DNA from: Lingula anatina
Lineage: Eukaryota; Animalia; Brachiopoda
DNA length: 64,000 bases
Assembly (NCBI GenBank): GCA_051362555.1
Contig: CM120641.1
Location: 27,410,401 to 27,474,400, forward strand
Direction: 5' to 3'
The notes beneath the pieces are model-generated. The model was not told the origin of the DNA and did no database searches. It saw nothing but the letters and a program-made list of their open reading frames with translations. Positions 25,031 to 37,355 of this stretch are shown one piece after another. A program made the position numbers and the translations under genes. Numbering within the stretch: the stretch's first letter is position 1; the number at the start of each line of letters is the position of its first letter.

Positions 25031-27681
25031 GTAAGTATTTTTTTCCAAGATTTAAGTTGTAACAAAGACAAATAAGATTCCACAAAACTTTATAAACAAC
25101 GACAAAAAAATTGAGGCACCGCTCTATGAAATATCGAGAGAGATAAAACATGTTTAGTTTTCGATTTTGATGTAAAAAATACTTCCAACGGAAATTTATA
25201 AAAAGAAAAAAAAACATTGACGCCCACTACAAACTGCCATACACCCACCCACTGTGTAATAGGCCTAGAGAACGATGGTTATAATGAAGCACAGTTAGAA
25301 TAAATGTTACTTCAAATTAGATTATCCGACGAGATAGCCACGCCTTTTGTTATGTGGTCCCAAGACACGCCAAACTCCCATATATTTTGTCAACGTACAA
25401 CCATGGTCTCGTTTTCAATCCACTACAGTCGGCTGCAGATGAATGGACCCAGCGTTCGATTCTCTTCTCTCTTTTCGCTATAACCATTCATCATTTGCCC
25501 CATTTACCTGTTTTGTGGTGACTTCAAATGTTGTAACCACATGCCATAATATAATGATTTTATAAAAGATGATAAGATATAAGATAAGTTAAAAATTATG
25601 AATGGGTCCGTCTCTCTTTTTCAGTAAATATTTTTCATGAAGTACACGTATGGGATTTATATACACAATGATTTTACTGAAGTTATTTCAGTTACATAAG
25701 CCCCTTCTGATTGCGGATCTTTTTTTATTTCACAGCTTCAGTTTTGTCGAATGCTTTAAGTGGATAGCTCAGTTCGCAATGGGCTGTTTTCGATTGATCT
25801 AATTGGACGCCAAATGGATTGATGATATTAATATATGTCATAGGACAATTAAGTTCGATTACATTTGAATTTTTGTGTATTTTTGATTGGTAAAATGGTC
25901 TACATGTACTCTGGCGAAAGGGGGGGATTTGGCGTTAGAATTTCATCAATGTATAACTGAACTAATGGCAAATTCGAATACTCTAGGAAGACAAAACATA
26001 ATGAATTAATCCAAAAGCTTACTGGCATTATTTTGTTAATCATCAGTACGAATACGATAGTAAAACAGATGAAAATTAGACCTGCATGCGCGGGACCGCA
26101 TCCTCTTTCCACCGTACACATACCCCCCCACCCCACCCCACCCCCCACCCCCGTAAGTCCGAAACTATTTTGAAGAAGGTCCAAAATTAGTCTATTAAAA
26201 GTATATCCCTCATCATAAATGCAACGTTAGCCAATTTATTCGGGGATATATATAATTTATTCCTGTGACCGGACGCTTGTCTGGCCTCGTTAGCCGCTTC
26301 AAAGACAAAGGGAGATCCCAGAGATGCACCTATCTCTTTGAGACGCTACACCTTCAGACAGGGTGTCGGGGAATAATAGTAGTGTAAGTCTGGCGTGGAC
26401 TTAACTGGAAGGACAATCAAGCGTCGTGTCGCCAACAAGCCCATAAATTTTCAATTAATTTCAACATTGAAATTCTTTCCTGTCTTAGGCATATATCACC
26501 ACGGTATTAAAACAAATTAAACGTCTATGCTAAACAGTACCAATTAACAACTTCTACGTGAGAGTGTAAGAGATACCTAGATAATGGCTTTTGATGAATT
26601 GCATCAATTTTTATTCTCGGCTACCTTTTGTTCCCCCTTAAATTACACATTCCATTTCTTTGGCCATAACCCTCTTTATCTAGAAGATAACATTTTTGAC
26701 TAATAGGGTATAATAAAGCGAAAACCTATTCTAATGTTTTGTCTCAATGACAGACATTTTGGTCTTTTCGCCCAACGGTTTATTGCCCTGTAAGAGACAC
26801 CATAGTGAATCAGTTGCGTCATAAAGCTTACACACCGTGAAGGCGTCAATAGCGGCGTTAAGACATCCTGTAGAATAATACCAGAAACTGTAAATCAGTC
26901 TCATTGATTACCACTTTACAAAAAGGAAAATGCATTTTGTCTGAGGTTATTGCTTACAGCTTTATTTATACGATAGTAAAACAGGGTGTGCCCTTTGCTA
27001 AGAAAATAAAAAGGCCCGCATCCAAACCCAAGGTGATTAGAATTCTGAAATGTAACTCGTTGTGATCAAATTATCAAGAGCGATGAATAATAAATTAACA
27101 ATAACTAGAATGGTTCTGGCGAATTTTTAAAATTGTTTAATTGTAATTATTTTAAGAAAGGAAGAAAAATTGGATAAGGAAGAGAATTTGCAAACAATAT
27201 AGCTTTTTGAATTTCTTTTCGGGGGGGGGGGAGCGGGTCTTTTTTTCGAACGCGTGAAGCACTTTTGTTGTTGTGGTTGTTACTGCATCAACAACAACAC
27301 ACTACTATTAATAAAACGCCCAGAACTTATTCCTTGATTCTGTGAATATATATCATAGCGGTAGAACATCTACGAAAAAACTATAATTTATTAAATGCTT
27401 AATATCCTCTTAAATATGTTTGCATATTTCAGTTACGTAAAATATTCACTTATCTTGATTTTGACAAAAATTTTGATTGTGATTAAAATGGTTATTTCAA
27501 GACTTTTAATTGTGAGATTACAGGACCCAAAATGATTTTCGGCTAATATATAGTCAAAGGAAAGGGTCCTTGAAAATGGCGATAAAAACGTTCAGCTTAA
27601 TATTTGATCAATTTTACATAACAGCTATTCTTTTGTAATATTGTGCATTATGCATTAAACATTTTTTTTTCATTTTTTAAG

Positions 27682-27832
27682 CATGTACAAAATCAAATGG
27701 AGAGAGACTGTAAATGCCATGGAATGTCAGGAAGCTGTACAGTAAAGACATGTTGGATGAGATTGCCAAAATTTAGAACAGTGGGCGATTTAATAAAAGG
27801 ACGATTTGACGGAGCATCGAGAGTTTATCAAG
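27682..27832 (+). CDS. Wnt1: Wnt1 coding exon 4 (contains the palmitoleoylated Ser motif)
   Basis: Acceptor ttttttaag|CAT. Encodes [51 protein letters not shown]. Donor AAG|gtaaat (phase 1). [20 protein letters not shown] is diagnostic of Wnt1. Confidence 0.95.
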
Positions 27833-30800
27833 GTAAATCAAACGATGGTCGATTGTTTCTCCTTTTCTTACTTGAAGAAGTAAAGGGTTTGTGCAGTGTT
27901 TTTAAAGTAGATGGTTTTGATTTATTGATATTCCTAGTACTTTTAATTTCAGTTTCATTTATGGCTTAAAAGCACCGGTGTAGGGTTGTTTAAGAAATTC
28001 TTATGATTGTTTTATTTTATGGATTGAATCTGATATCTTCGTTGTTGGATACATATACTTGATTAACAACTCTATGATAGGTAATGTGGACAAATATTAA
28101 TAGTTTTTTAATGGGCAACATATCCAACCCCACCGTACAAACCCGCATGCGCTTTGTATAGCTTAGTATCAAGCTTTACTCTTGTCTGGCAGGTTTGGTC
28201 GGCAAATAAATAAATTAATTTGGGCTTGGGGTTTTTCTAAATTTAAATTTGCGTCCACTTGATACCTAGGCCACCACGAAGAGTCGCCATTAGAGCATTT
28301 TTCATAGCTGCGGTGGCCCATGGTTTTGACGACGCATCTTTCAAGAGGTGACGGTGTCTTGGCTAGTAAAATAACGACTTAAAATGGGCTCCCCTATTAA
28401 CAACGGGCAGAACTAACCAGATAAATCTTCCTTCCTATTAAAAAGAGCGCCGAAATAAAACAATTTCTGCCATTCCCTTTGAACTTTGCTCGCACTAGGG
28501 GTCTGTCTGTACATCCTTCATTCAAGCAAGCATGTAAAATGCTCCCGCTTTTCTTCCCACACAAAACCGTGGTCAGGGATGAGGTATTTTATTATCAATC
28601 AGGGGTAAAAACGGTTTTAAAAGTTCACCCCACTTTTTTTACAGTAGATAGCTATGATCTCTGGTTTGGTGGCCACGCATCTAGAGGCGGGGTCTCCCTG
28701 TGGTCAAAAGATCATTAAGAGCTTGAATCTCAACATCAGAAGGATAAACACTTCACACAAATACACTGAGTGGACAATGGGCGACTTGGAGCCACGCCGT
28801 TGCAATTTAAAGTCAATTGGAAGAAAGTATACCCTGCACACGTATCAGGTTTTCTTTCAAGGTCCTAAGACCCCGGTGGATAAAGTGAAATATGAAAGGA
28901 TGAGAACACAGACAAGTTACAAAACGAGCGCCATGCACAATGCTCGATGATAGGGTATTCTGTGTCATAATGATAGCGTAGAGTTAATATTTGAATTAGG
29001 AAGATAGCTCTCCTTTAACTTCAAACAAGTGCCGATATAGGTGACAAAACTGCTGTCTGCCTGTTGAATCAGCGTGGTTGTTTATGCCCTTTCCGTGCGC
29101 TAGGGGTGGGGGTGGGGGAAAAAAGGACGGAGATAAAGCGATTGAATATGTTTACTTTTCCATTTTCGTCCAAACCAAAATAAAAGCTCGGGTTTTATTT
29201 GCGTTCCGTCTGTTTGTTATTCAAGACCAAAATGGCCCGTCGTGTACGCTAAAGTGTACACCGTTCAAGAATGCAGCCTTGTGATTTTTCTAAGCGTGTA
29301 ACATTTCTTACTTGTCCACTTCTTGTATCCGTGTTTTCTGAACCAGATTCCCCCTGTTTGTCACTGTCATTCGATCTATCTCATCTTACCTTCGTCTTGC
29401 TTGCCTACACAAGCAGATAAACTGCTCTTTCAAACTTACTCATGTTCACATTTTTCTTTCTGTTCTCGGCGTAAATTTCGCCCTATCTTAATTTCAATCA
29501 AAATTGCCAGGTACAAAATTCTTATAACAACGGATACGGGTGGGAGATCAGAGGCATTGAAGGCTATGTAACTATTCACTTTGTGTTTATTTTGATCCAA
29601 AAGTAACACTAACATGTATTTAAGTGTTCTCGGGGGTGGTTGATTATCCTGAATACTGGCAGATGAATCTAGCAGGGGTATGACAGCCCAGGTATTACAA
29701 AAAGAGGATTATAATCATGCACAACAGGTGCCCTTTAAAGGATCTTGTTTGGGACGAGCATGTATAACCCCATAGAACCATATATGTTAACTGGCTTATG
29801 TGAGCAAGAAAGGCGCCATCGCCGCACCCAGCGCGGTAGAACAGGAAGATGTCCGCCTGAGTGAAGGACATTAGACAGTCCTTCAGGCGGCCCAGTCGAA
29901 CGTGATTCTCCCACATATAGCACACTTGGGTGCTATCGTCTAGCACCCATGCTATTTCAGTAAAAATCAAATGCTGTCGGCTTTGCCACCTTTAGATTGT
30001 TGGACTCGTTTTGAAATTTCAATTGATATGCCTTTCATCTTATAAGTTTGGACTTGTTTTACCTGTCATCAACATGATTGCTTGATACGTAAGGTACCCA
30101 TTCCCTGCTCATAGTGCTACTTTAATACTAATCATTCAACTAAACCCTGTTTGACTCATACGTCATACTTTTCGATCTGAACTAAAAAGATGGTACAACA
30201 AATTTCTCAGTGCATCTTTTAAGCGCCATTTCTCTCCATAAGAAATTTCCTAAGATTTTCTTTCTTGGTTGTTTCTATATAATGCCATTAATAGTTCTAA
30301 CCAGTGGGTGTGGTCTACTACATTGAGCTGGAATTGTGCACAGGGTATATAAGCTCTAAATCGTTCTCAACAAAAAAAGAGGACGCTAACTTGACGTTAT
30401 TTTATCATCTCATCTAACTGAAGCTAAAAACGTATATTCACGTATATACAGTTGTGCACATTGCCAAGCAGAATGATGGCTGAATATAGATACTAGCTGT
30501 GGTAGCAATGTAAGGTTTGTTTTTTTCTTGTGGGGCCATGTTAATTTTCACCTCCAAGCCCCTTGGTTTCTGTAGAGGAAGGTTTGCTCCTGCCTGATAG
30601 CAAAGTGGCGGTGCGCATGTGTATGAAACTAATACATGTACAAGTGATTTTGGTTCAAACATGCACGTGAAATGTGGGCTTTACTAAACCCTGCCATGCT
30701 ATATGGACTTATGAAAATAAGTCGTATGCATGGGGTGGAAACATTTGAATTGAAAGAAAATTTTTGGTCCTCAACAAAATGTATTGGTTTTCTTTACCAG

Positions 30801-31165
30801 GAAACCAAGGGGGCTTGGAACAAGGTTAGTATGGCGCTGGACATCCCTGGTTTTGCTGGGAAGTCCATGTCTTCAAGCTCAGTAAGACTATGCAAATGCA
30901 TTTGTAGTGGACCGATTAGAAACGGTTATAGCGCAATTAAAAAGCACAGCAAATGACCGATCACTCACACAAGAAGTATTATCACTTAGTATGGCCACAT
31001 TTCATCCCCCAAACCAATAATAATAATAATAATAGTGATATAACTGCTTTTAAACGATACTTTGTTTCCTACACTGGTGTTAACAGAAATACTGCTTTTT
31101 CTTAATATGACTACCTTATATATGCTCTTATATATCTGCTTCATTTATTTCCTCTATTTTTGCAG

Positions 31166-31494
31166 GGAACTCCGGTCGAGGACGAGGACGGAAACCAAAT
31201 CTGCTTCCAGTCAATGTTAACCACAAAGCCCCTAGTAAAAAAGACTTAGTTTACTACGAGGATTCTCCATCTTTCTGCGAATACGACCCCAGCACCGGGT
31301 TCAAAGGAACGACGGGAAGGGAGTGTAACGCAACGTCCATAGGGGTAGACGGCTGCGACTTACTCTGCTGCGGTCGCGGACATAAAAGTGAAAGTTATAC
31401 TTCTCAAGAGAGATGCAGCTGCACGTTTCAGTGGTGCTGTAAAGTACATTGTGAGATATGCACGAGGGTGAAAATAAGACACACGTGCAAGTAA
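31166..31494 (+). CDS. Wnt1: Wnt1 coding exon 5 (terminal, stop TAA); missing from the ORF track because it has no in-frame start
   Basis: Acceptor tttttgcag|GG. Translated by hand: GNSGRGRGRKPNLLPVNVNHKAPSKKDLVYYEDSPSFCEYDPSTGFKGTTGRECNATSIGVDGCDLLCCGRGHKSESYTSQERCSCTFQWCCKVHCEICTRVKIRHTCK*. Total CDS is 1116 nt, 371 aa. Confidence 0.96.
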
Positions 31495-32664
31495 GACAAC
31501 ATGACAATGCGTGTGTGTCCCTGTGATTTTTTCATTCCGATTGCCAAAAAAACCCCGCAGCGACGGCGAAAAGTGAAAGGTGCTTAACTGTAGAACTGAG
31601 ACGCACAAGACTTTACCAGAAGCTGAGAGCGTCGACAAGTGGAGTGCATTTTTATGTGAAACTAGTTTCGAAATCAACGGGATTGTCCTTTTATTTTCTG
31701 CCAATGTAATGTTGACGATATTTGGAAGTGGCGACACAGGTCATTGACTTCACACGATCGCCGATGTTTACCTCGAAATGGCCACGTACTTTAGAAGTAA
31801 AGGGAGTGTCATAAGCATAAACCATGGCGGCGTATAGTGCCTTAAGTACCATCGTGCCCACCAAACCATTTCACCTCAAACGAAACACAGCTAAAATGTT
31901 TTTACGAAAAGGTAAATCGAGTACAGAAAATGATGTTGTGGTTCAACCGTTTATCAAGTACTTCATTAACCTCCTCTGTTTCTCTATATCCTGTCATGTG
32001 GAGAGGAAAAAAAAAAGCAGTAGTTCCCATTTATATTCAGCCGTCCATACCTGTTGAGAAAATTAATGTTCAAAAGATTTGCTGCTGTCCATTAAGACAC
32101 GACACACCAAGCACAAGTTTGGTTTTCAAGTAAAGAGGGGCCTGTGGAGGCCCCATTAACCGCACCATAAAATCGAGAAGGACTTTGCAGCCAGGCGGAA
32201 CGCCGTAGAACAGGTACATGGCGATTGTTACGGTGAGTTGACGTTTAAATGCAGAGACGAACTGATTCCACCCACAAAAAAAGCCGATACTTTAAATGAC
32301 AAGAAAAAATAACGTGGGTTATTTTGTCACAAAATACTCCAATATTCCATGAACCTTGTCTGCGTATGTAGGACACGTGCGTTCTCTAGTCTGTTAATGC
32401 TGTTCGCGGCAGCGACATCTCTAGCATACCGCAAGGTCATTGAGTTAATTGTGACAAAAGGAAAAAAAAAGATAACGCAAAGTTGACCACCGGCTACATA
32501 CAAAGCACTACAAACGTCGCATCATTTAAAGATTTGGGTGACCCTGGGCTGCATTATCGGAAAGGGTATCAGATGAAGCCGGTATCTCTTTTGAAGTTTG
32601 CAGTAATCGTTTTCATCATGAACACTGATGAAGTATTTCCAAAGTGTTGAGTTACTTAATGGTT

Positions 32665-33215
32665 TGTACATACTTCCCCCCTCCGAGTTATTTTTGCTCA
32701 CCTGTAGTGTTCACAGATGTGATATCTGTACATAAGCATGTACTGTATATACAATTATGCATAGCGCCTAATAATTTTTAGACAAGTTACGCGTGTTAAA
32801 TTATATTTATTGTCATCAAAACGAGACTAAATGGCCCTTGCCGACGCCTCTGATTGCACAGTTAATAGTGTAAAAATGCATTATTGGCATACAGTAATTT
32901 ATTGTATATAAAATTATTTTTATATGTTGATTTTTGTGATTATGTACATAATCAAAATGGAAAACATTTAGTAGTTGCATATGCATACGCAGTGCATCGG
33001 TTGCTTGCATATGTATATAACAGCACAGTGAAGGATGGCGTACTGTGAAATGTTTTGGGGTCGAGTACTAGCCGGGTGCGCGTGCAATTAATAAGCGCAT
33101 CTTCTTTACACCAGACCTTAGGTATTACAGTTCGGGTTAATCGGAACATTTATCTTCACCAGAAGTCAATTCATGTATTTTCTTCCAAGTGCTTAATTTT
33201 CAAGATATGTACATA
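32665..33215 (+). promoter_or_regulatory. Cluster of six Pumilio response elements (UGUAHAUA) in the putative Wnt1 3' UTR
   Basis: TGTACATA at 32665, 32727, 32943 and 33208; TGTATATA at 32744, 32903 and 33012 gives seven exact matches if all are counted, at least six non-adjacent. All lie upstream of the first AATAAA I found after the stop (33471). Confidence 0.6.
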
Positions 33216-33470
33216 TATCAAAGCCCATGTTATTACATGTATCATCGGTAAGCTTATCACAATGATTAAATTTCAACTGGTTGTGTCTGGGTTGTGATGA
33301 GGGGTACCAAAAACTCTGTGTTGATATTTTTTTTGCATTATTATTTTTTTGTAATTATGGAGTTGTAGCAATGTGAACGCAAGGCTACTTGGGGGTATAA
33401 AAGGTAGGATGTAGGGGGAGGGGTGGGAGTAATGCATGTTTTGGTTTTTGGAAAAGGCGAGTCCATTAAA

Positions 33471-33476
33471 AATAAA
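33471..33476 (+). terminator. Candidate Wnt1 polyadenylation signal (alternative AATAAA at 34294-34299)
   Basis: First canonical AATAAA found by eye downstream of the Wnt1 stop codon. Confidence 0.35.
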
Positions 33477-34402
33477 CTCCTCCTATACTGTTAAGCTATT
33501 CTTGTTTTAAAAGTAAGCTTAGATGAGTCGAACGCATGAAAGTTTTGCCAAGAATGTACAGTTATTTAAAGATACCTGGGAATCCTGTGGTTGTATTAAT
33601 ATTGGAATTCTCATCTGTAGCCAATGCAGCGCTGATGTGCACTGATCTTGTCAATTTTAACTTAAATATTATTTTAATTTTTGTTCACTATCAATATCAA
33701 TTTACAAATCGACCAATAGTATAATTTATTTATTACTAGATTTTTTTCATGGGAGTTTAGGACTAGCTGTGCATGACCAGTCTTTTACCTTCGATCTATT
33801 AGCCTATGAATAAGTTAAAGAGTGTGTGACTTTGTTGGTAAAACCGATAGGAGCTGTACAGGATCTAAATTATTTTGTATATTTTTAAAGCTAATCAAAC
33901 ACGACATAGCTCATTTCTTTCAGTGAGGGGGTTCCAAGAGAAATTAAAGTAGACGTACATGTAAATGCACTTCATAATTTTCCCTTTGCTAGTATAAGCA
34001 ACCAATATTGTCTTGTCTCTGTTATGTCAATTCAAAGTTTATTATTTATTCATTAGAAAAAATACTTTTTAGAGAGATGCATAGCTTAATTTAAATCCTG
34101 TGTTAGATTTCAAAATTGTTGGTTACGTTAATGTGACGCAATTATTATATCGTAGAGAGTGTTCAAAACGCTTACAGCCGTCTGTGTAGTGTAAGTCTTT
34201 TCCTTTTTAGACCTTATAGACATGAAATAATATTGTTGAAGCTAATTTAATTCTAACTGCTATATATTTATTGATAAATACATAAATTGTTGAAATAAAG
34301 GAAACCCCAATTATGTGATCACTAGTCGTCACGTTTTTTTAATTTATATTTTCAATGAGGTAAACAAAGACACAAATGCGTGTCCATTGTGCTGTATATG
34401 TA

Positions 34403-34435
<33 letters not shown>

Positions 34436-36893
34436 AGGAAAATGCACAATAGATAAGAAACATATTTTTAATGACATTTTGAAAATTTTCTGCATACAAT
34501 TGCATACTATTGCTAATATGATCTCGAAAGACCCAGCCAGAGAAGTTTCTCCGAAGCTAAAGGATTTCAAGATCCTGTGACTGGTAATGGTAAGCTTGAG
34601 CTTCTCTACCGCACTTGTCAGCTGTGCTTTGGCGAACATGCCGCTATTTCGATATTGTTTTACGACTGATGCAGCCTCGGTTCATTATTGCACTTACAAA
34701 ATTACTGGCCCTTAACTAATACAAGGTAGTAGACGCGGTAAAGATCAGGTGATGCAGATTCTTTAACCTTACTTAAACATTAGCAGTTCTACTAGACCGA
34801 ATTATGCCTAACCGAGTTGTGCCTATTAAAAATCAGTTAATACAATACAGGGCGTTGTGTCCTGGGTACAAAGGAAAATTTTGGACAGACAATTGCAAGA
34901 TGAGGACAGAACTGATTTGAAAAAAGAGAGAAAAGGTTATTGTATCTTATACCTAAACTGTTCTTTCTACCGCACATGGCGTTACTTAGCCCCAGGAACC
35001 GTTCGTTTACCTTGAACCAACGCCAAAGGTAACAGATCTGAATGCCAGGTTTTCCACCTGTACATTTTTAAAACACAGAGGAGAATAACGGCTGGCTAAC
35101 TCATAACAATATATTCATAAATGTCTTTGCTCTTTTACGTACATGATAACTGATAGTACTAGTCCTTTAATTCCTTCTGCTAGAGTATTTGAGACATAAA
35201 TATGGAAGCTACGTTTAACCTACTTAATGACAATGAAAGGACGTATCTCAACATTTTAAACTCCATTTTCTGTTACTCAGTTGTCTGATTTTACTTATTA
35301 AAATATATCGTAAGGATATTAGCATTGGCATTTGATGTAAGAGTAAGCACTTTACAGGCATGCGGTATAAGCAAGCGAAACTAACTCGAGTCCCCTGAAA
35401 AAAAAAAGAATACACTGCAATGTACAGGTTAGATTATCACGATCAATATAAATTTGATTTTTGACACAGATGCGACTTGGATGACAAGTAATGGATATTA
35501 CATGGAATAGTGGAACTAGAGTACTCTTGCCCCACTATACGTATACCATGTGCTGGGTAAAAGGCATAACTAAAAGCTTTGAGATGGTTCTGTCGTCAAA
35601 TTAAATAATTGATGCACAAATCCTGGTCTATATCAAGGGACCCCAGTCTACGAGATCTCATGTACCGTAGACGTAGAGCTTATAAACAATCATGGTTAGA
35701 ACGAATTTTCGAAGGTCAGAGATTACACGTGAAGGAAATTAGCTAATATAAAAAGGCTTGCCCACAGCTATGGTAATTTCTGAGGCTAAACTTTCGAATA
35801 AAAGTGAAAACAACTTTTGATCATGTCATTTATAATTGCATTAAATAAAATCAAGGGCGGACCAAGGGTCTCAGAAAACAAGAAAGGGCGCACAAATTGA
35901 TTGTATGCTAAACGATTCCAACCGAAGGTTGAAAGATCTTGGGGGCTCTTTACAAGTTTTAAAAATACAATTACGGTATTGTGCAACCTGTGTTACCAAA
36001 TCATCGTGTAATACAACGTAGACCAATCTGCAAATATAAATAACGATAAAGGTACAACAAAGGCAAATCAATTCGACCAAAGAAGAATGCCTTTGTTTTC
36101 AATTAAGACAGATGTTTGCAGATATTATCTTAAATGAGGCACGTTAATTTGCGTTTGAAAATCCTCTGCTATTTTTTTTTTTGTAATATATACCAACGGA
36201 ATTGATTCATTGGCGACAGAAGGAATATGTATTACGCTTATAGTGCACTCACAGTTAACAATCTAAACTTACATTTATACATATGTACAGTCAATAAATA
36301 TGTGTCTACGATCTCTAAATACATGTATATCAATATTCATGTTGTGTAGACAGTCACGCGAAGTAATTACGTTGATTTTCAGCACAAGATAGAAACAACT
36401 GCGACAGTTAACAAGATCGTGTCGTTGTTTGTCTCCAAAACAGATGGAAGCGACGATTTCTGTCAAGTTCCATTAAGAAAAGTCATGTGCAAATTTCCCA
36501 TGAATAATGACGTTCAAAGAAACCACTGGCACTGTTTCTCAAAGGTTTTTTGCCGCTGTTTTTCACAGTCTTGGCCTTAAAAGAAGGACACCACAGAAAA
36601 GAGTGTCCAGACGTCAACATGTATTTTACCTTCTAACTAACCAACGTATTGGCCATGAATAAGTCATGAACTAAACACCAGTCCTTACTGAAAGTGGCAA
36701 TTCAAATATCAAGTAGGCCGTTGGCATGAATTACCAAGCTCGTCGTTAGCACAGAAACATAATTAGGTCCTTGACACCCAATGAAGGCCACAAAAACCTT
36801 CCATAAGGTCACTGTGTGAACGTAGGTCACAAATAGCTGGAAGCAGGTCACAGTTACCTGTGATAGTGTGTCAATGGCACATCTTTTAATAGG

Positions 36894-37355
36894 TCATAAA
36901 CACCTGTATATTGTTTTCACCGTGACACACGTTTTACAATTCACTTCACAGCACCATTTGAAAACGCATCTGCAATTTTCTCTAACTGTCATTTGGAATT
37001 TCTTGAAGCCTCTTCCGCAGCACAGAATATCACAACCGCCCACTCCTTTTGACAGTGGGTCACAGTCTCTGTCGCGCGTCCCCAGGGACCCCACTCTCCT
37101 GTTGGGTTTGCAAAAATCAGGAGAGTTCTCAGAGTATATTAAATCTTCCGACGCTGGATGCTTCACTGTTATGTCCTCCGGCATTAAGCTTTTGCCATCA
37201 TTCGAGCCAATCATTTTCGTAGCACCATCAAATTTTTCTTTTAATATATTCCCTACATCGTTAAAGATGGGCATTTTCCTCCAGCATGTCTTTAATGCAC
37301 AAGATCCAGAGAGACCATGGCATTTACATTCTTTTCTCATGTGGTTTTGAACGGC
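36894..37355 (-). CDS. Wnt6: Wnt6 coding exon 4 (terminal, stop TGA)
   Basis: Acceptor ttccag|GCC. Encodes AVQNHMRKECKCHGLSGSCALKTCWRKMP...FDGATK...DLIYSENSPDFCKPNRRVGSLGTRDRDC...CCGRG...ENCRCVFKWCCEVNCKTC...YRCL*. Total CDS is 1035 nt, 344 aa. Confidence 0.96.
   Translation of the reverse strand, partial: AVQNHMRKECKCHGLSGSCALKTCWRKMPIFNDVGNILKEKFDGATKMIGSNDGKSLMPEDITVKHPASEDLIYSENSPDFCKPNRRVGSLGTRDRDCDPLSKGVGGCDILCCGRGFKKFQMTVRENCRCVFKWCCEVNCKTCVTVKTIYRCL

Noticed and set aside
27833-27969. Hydrophobic C-terminal extension of the Wnt1 exon 4 ORF (possible membrane-tethered Wnt)
   Set aside because: It is T-rich intron read-through past a good GT donor and would delete the C-terminal cysteine-rich domain. 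Exon 5 supplies the proper in-phase continuation.
36868-37350. 160-aa ORF on the + strand (also 42970-43221, 48872-49117, 24836-25083, 31301-31737)
   Set aside because: These are antisense or alternative-frame shadows of real Wnt exons.
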